The notes below the pieces were generated by a model. That model was not told the DNA's origin and did no database searches. It saw only the letters and a program-made list of their open reading frames with translations. From assembly GCA_964347045.1 (NCBI GenBank), contig CAYFXC010000003.1, forward strand, positions 115,722 to 179,721: a stretch of DNA of 64,000 nt. Reading direction: 5' to 3'. The position numbers and the translations under genes were made by a program. Position 1 is the first letter of the stretch; every line of letters begins with the position of its first letter. This DNA comes from an uncultured archaeon. GTDB lineage: Archaea > Asgardarchaeota > Hermodarchaeia > Hermodarchaeales > Hermodarchaeaceae. Shown here piece after piece: positions 61,703 through 64,000 of this stretch.

Positions 61703-62074
61703 ATGGACACCACACAATCATTATCTGCAATCCAAGGAGGTTCAACTTTGACTCCTATAGTTGATATTTGGGAACAAGTCCGCCAGATGACGCAACCATG
61801 GGCGCCAAAAGAAATTGCACGTGTCAATGACCAAGTAATAAGACTCGCTTTATTCGACGGCGAGTTTCCCATGCACAAACACTCAAACGCGGACGAACTC
61901 TTTTTCGTTCTCAAAGGACAGATTACTATCCGTATTAAAGGGCAACCCGAAATCGTCTTAAACGAAGGAAAAATGACGGTTATTCCGCGTGGTGTTGAAC
62001 ATTCCCCGAAGAGCGTAGAACAATCTTATGTTCTAATGTTTGAGCCCATCGTTCTTAACCCTCAAGGCGATTAA
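61703..62074 (+). CDS. Cupin domain protein
   Basis: GEFPMHKHSNADELFFVLKG and IPRGVEHSP motifs. Confidence 0.9.
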   Translation: MDTTQSLSAIQGGSTLTPIVDIWEQVRQMTQPWAPKEIARVNDQVIRLALFDGEFPMHKHSNADELFFVLKGQITIRIKGQPEIVLNEGKMTVIPRGVEHSPKSVEQSYVLMFEPIVLNPQGD

Positions 62075-62162
62075 CCGTTATCGATGAAGGAATTCTTTGA
62101 GAACCCATTCCCCGATTACAGTCTAGCTTTGAGATTCTTTTCAATATTCTATTTTAATATGA

Positions 62163-63185
62163 ATGACTAGTACAATCCTACATACTTTTCCACTCAATTC
62201 GAACAATTCCATGGCGATTTATCAATTGCAATTCAACAAATGGAAATACAAAGGTCCAATATTTGATGCACATACCCACATTTGGAATACCTCTAATCTT
62301 GCTGAAACCATTTCCGAACAACAAAAATTCGGCATCAAATCCCAGTTAATAATAGCTCATCTCTCTGAAGCTCGAAGCTTCACCGAAAAACTATTTCCAG
62401 GAAAGTTTATCTTCGCAAAATATCTGTCAACAAAACATATACTTGATGCACAAGTTGAATTTGTAGTAGCTGAAATTGCCAACATGCGTGATAACGGTTT
62501 CTCGCTCGCAAAAATGTGGGCTGCACCTGGGTGGCGAAACTATTATACTATATATAAAGGATCCTTTCATCTCACAGACAAATGCTATCAACCTATTTTT
62601 GAGAAATTAGCTAATGACGAATTTCCCCTGCTGCTTCACATGGCTGACCCTGATACCTATTATGCAACCACTTATTCAAACTCTGAAATTTTCGGAACTA
62701 AAGAAGAGCACCTGAATGAATTAGAGATACTGATCCAAAATTATCCAGACTTGCAATTTCAATTAGCTCACTTTGCTGCGCAACCTGAAATCCATCGGCT
62801 TACTCATCTGGCTGAGTGGTTTGATAAATATGACAACATTGTCGTTGATACGGCTTCATCACGCTGGATGGCTCGGGAGCTAAGTAAAGACCCTGATACT
62901 GCTCGTGATTTTCTAAAACAATTTTCGAACCGCATTCTCTTCGGTACAGATGCTACTCTGAACACTTCTCTAGCTCAAAATAATCGTTCATCTTTGTCTC
63001 CCTATATGGCACGCTTTGTTGCACAGCGAATCCTTTGGGAAACTAGTGCACGTCATGCCCCCCTACCGTTTCCCGATCCAGACACTGAAACTACTGGCGG
63101 AACATTCATTAATGGTTTGAATCTTCCCAGTCGTGTGTTGAACAATCTATACTGGAAGAACGGACAACGTATTTATGGCTTTTAG
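62163..63185 (+). CDS. Amidohydrolase family protein
   Basis: DAHTH, LLHMADP, LAHF, VDTAS and RILFGTD motifs. Confidence 0.88.
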   Translation: MTSTILHTFPLNSNNSMAIYQLQFNKWKYKGPIFDAHTHIWNTSNLAETISEQQKFGIKSQLIIAHLSEARSFTEKLFPGKFIFAKYLSTKHILDAQVEFVVAEIANMRDNGFSLAKMWAAPGWRNYYTIYKGSFHLTDKCYQPIFEKLANDEFPLLLHMADPDTYYATTYSNSEIFGTKEEHLNELEILIQNYPDLQFQLAHFAAQPEIHRLTHLAEWFDKYDNIVVDTASSRWMARELSKDPDTARDFLKQFSNRILFGTDATLNTSLAQNNRSSLSPYMARFVAQRILWETSARHAPLPFPDPDTETTGGTFINGLNLPSRVLNNLYWKNGQRIYGF

Positions 63186-63368
63186 TGCTGAGTTTAGAGA
63201 GACCTACAAAATCATAAAGGCTTATTAGTTCTACTCGACAACAGGAACTCATACGACTCTAGTATTTAGTGGCTCAATCATTAAGTCAGATGAAATAACT
63301 GCAACCACATGCATTTTCATTTGAGCGGTCTTACAAATAATAATAGCAAGCTTTCATCTCATTGGTAA

Positions 63369-63863
63369 AGAGCTGGATGTTGTTTCGGTATCGCAATTGG
63401 TTCTCTACTCGGAGAGATTAGCAACTCCATAGATTGGATTTGGATTATATTTCCCGGAACCCCTTTGATGATATTTGGCATACTTGGTCTTATCTTGGAA
63501 ATCTCATGGCTTCGGTGGCACCACACACGCAAAGAATTCAAATAAAAGCTGATTATGACAAGCATTATCGCCCTAATCTTTACCGGTGTTATTCCTATTG
63601 CTAGTGATGATCGTTGAGCAATATTCCAGATTGTGCAACTACTGTTATATTATGCCAAAATCTTCGACTGTTTCCCCTCCATGAAACTCGCAAGGCTCAT
63701 ACCAGTACCCGCATCACTTCCATTACCCATCGGGAACTGGTGTAAGAAAAGACTCAATAAAAATGGAACACCAACAACCAGACAAAGCAACAGAGGGATA
63801 ACCAACAGAACCCGCCATTGGCGATCCATCAAAACCAAGCTCCACCAACCAAAGCTCAGCTAA
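63369..63863 (+). pseudogene. Degraded membrane-protein gene (ECF S-component-like remnant)
   Basis: One frame reads AGCCFGIAIGSLLGEI..IWIIFPG..MIFGILGLILEI..*KLIMTSIIALIFTGVIP..*AIFQIVQLLL, with stops at 63543 and 63615. Confidence 0.4.
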
Positions 63864-64000
63864 CTGACCTATATTAGGATACCCTAATCGGCAGCACGGA
63901 CTGTCCAGTCACTTCAGGGAGAATTCTAGAAACCTTATTCGCTGTTGGCAACGCTAAGTGGGAATTAGAGATTTTTAATGATTTCATCGCCAAAAGCGGT

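Noticed and set aside
1-64000. CRISPR arrays, rRNA, transposases, prophage or defence islands
   Set aside because: No repeat-spacer periodicity or diagnostic motifs were found on reading the window.

Overview
Gene-dense archaeal chromosomal segment of moderate GC. Archaeal markers include a proteasome alpha subunit, type II methionine aminopeptidase, FBP aldolase/phosphatase, archaemetzincin and a four-subunit POR. The gene mix suggests an Asgard archaeon, but that is inference. Most of the window is housekeeping and peptide/amino-acid catabolism: two M20 peptidases, TldD/PmbA, a 2-hydroxyacyl-CoA dehydratase/benzoyl-CoA-reductase-family trio, porG-D-A-B, split lysine-ketoglutarate reductase plus saccharopine dehydrogenase, a COG2403 arginine-synthetase-like enzyme, and tRNA-Arg(TCG) head-to-head with argS. 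It also holds ABC/MFS transporters. The stand-out locus is 3.5-9.4 kb. An apparent three-gene operon there encodes a ~900-aa all-helical protein with a ~65-aa repeat, a divergent tubulin-superfamily GTPase with a eukaryotic-tubulin-like C-terminal H11-H12 segment, and a 336-aa helical orphan. A coiled-coil/winged-helix gene converges on it and a 31-bp palindrome precedes it. This is a candidate undescribed archaeal tubulin cytoskeletal or segregation system. No CRISPR array, rRNA or mobile element was seen. All annotations come from motif recognition by eye; no searches were run.
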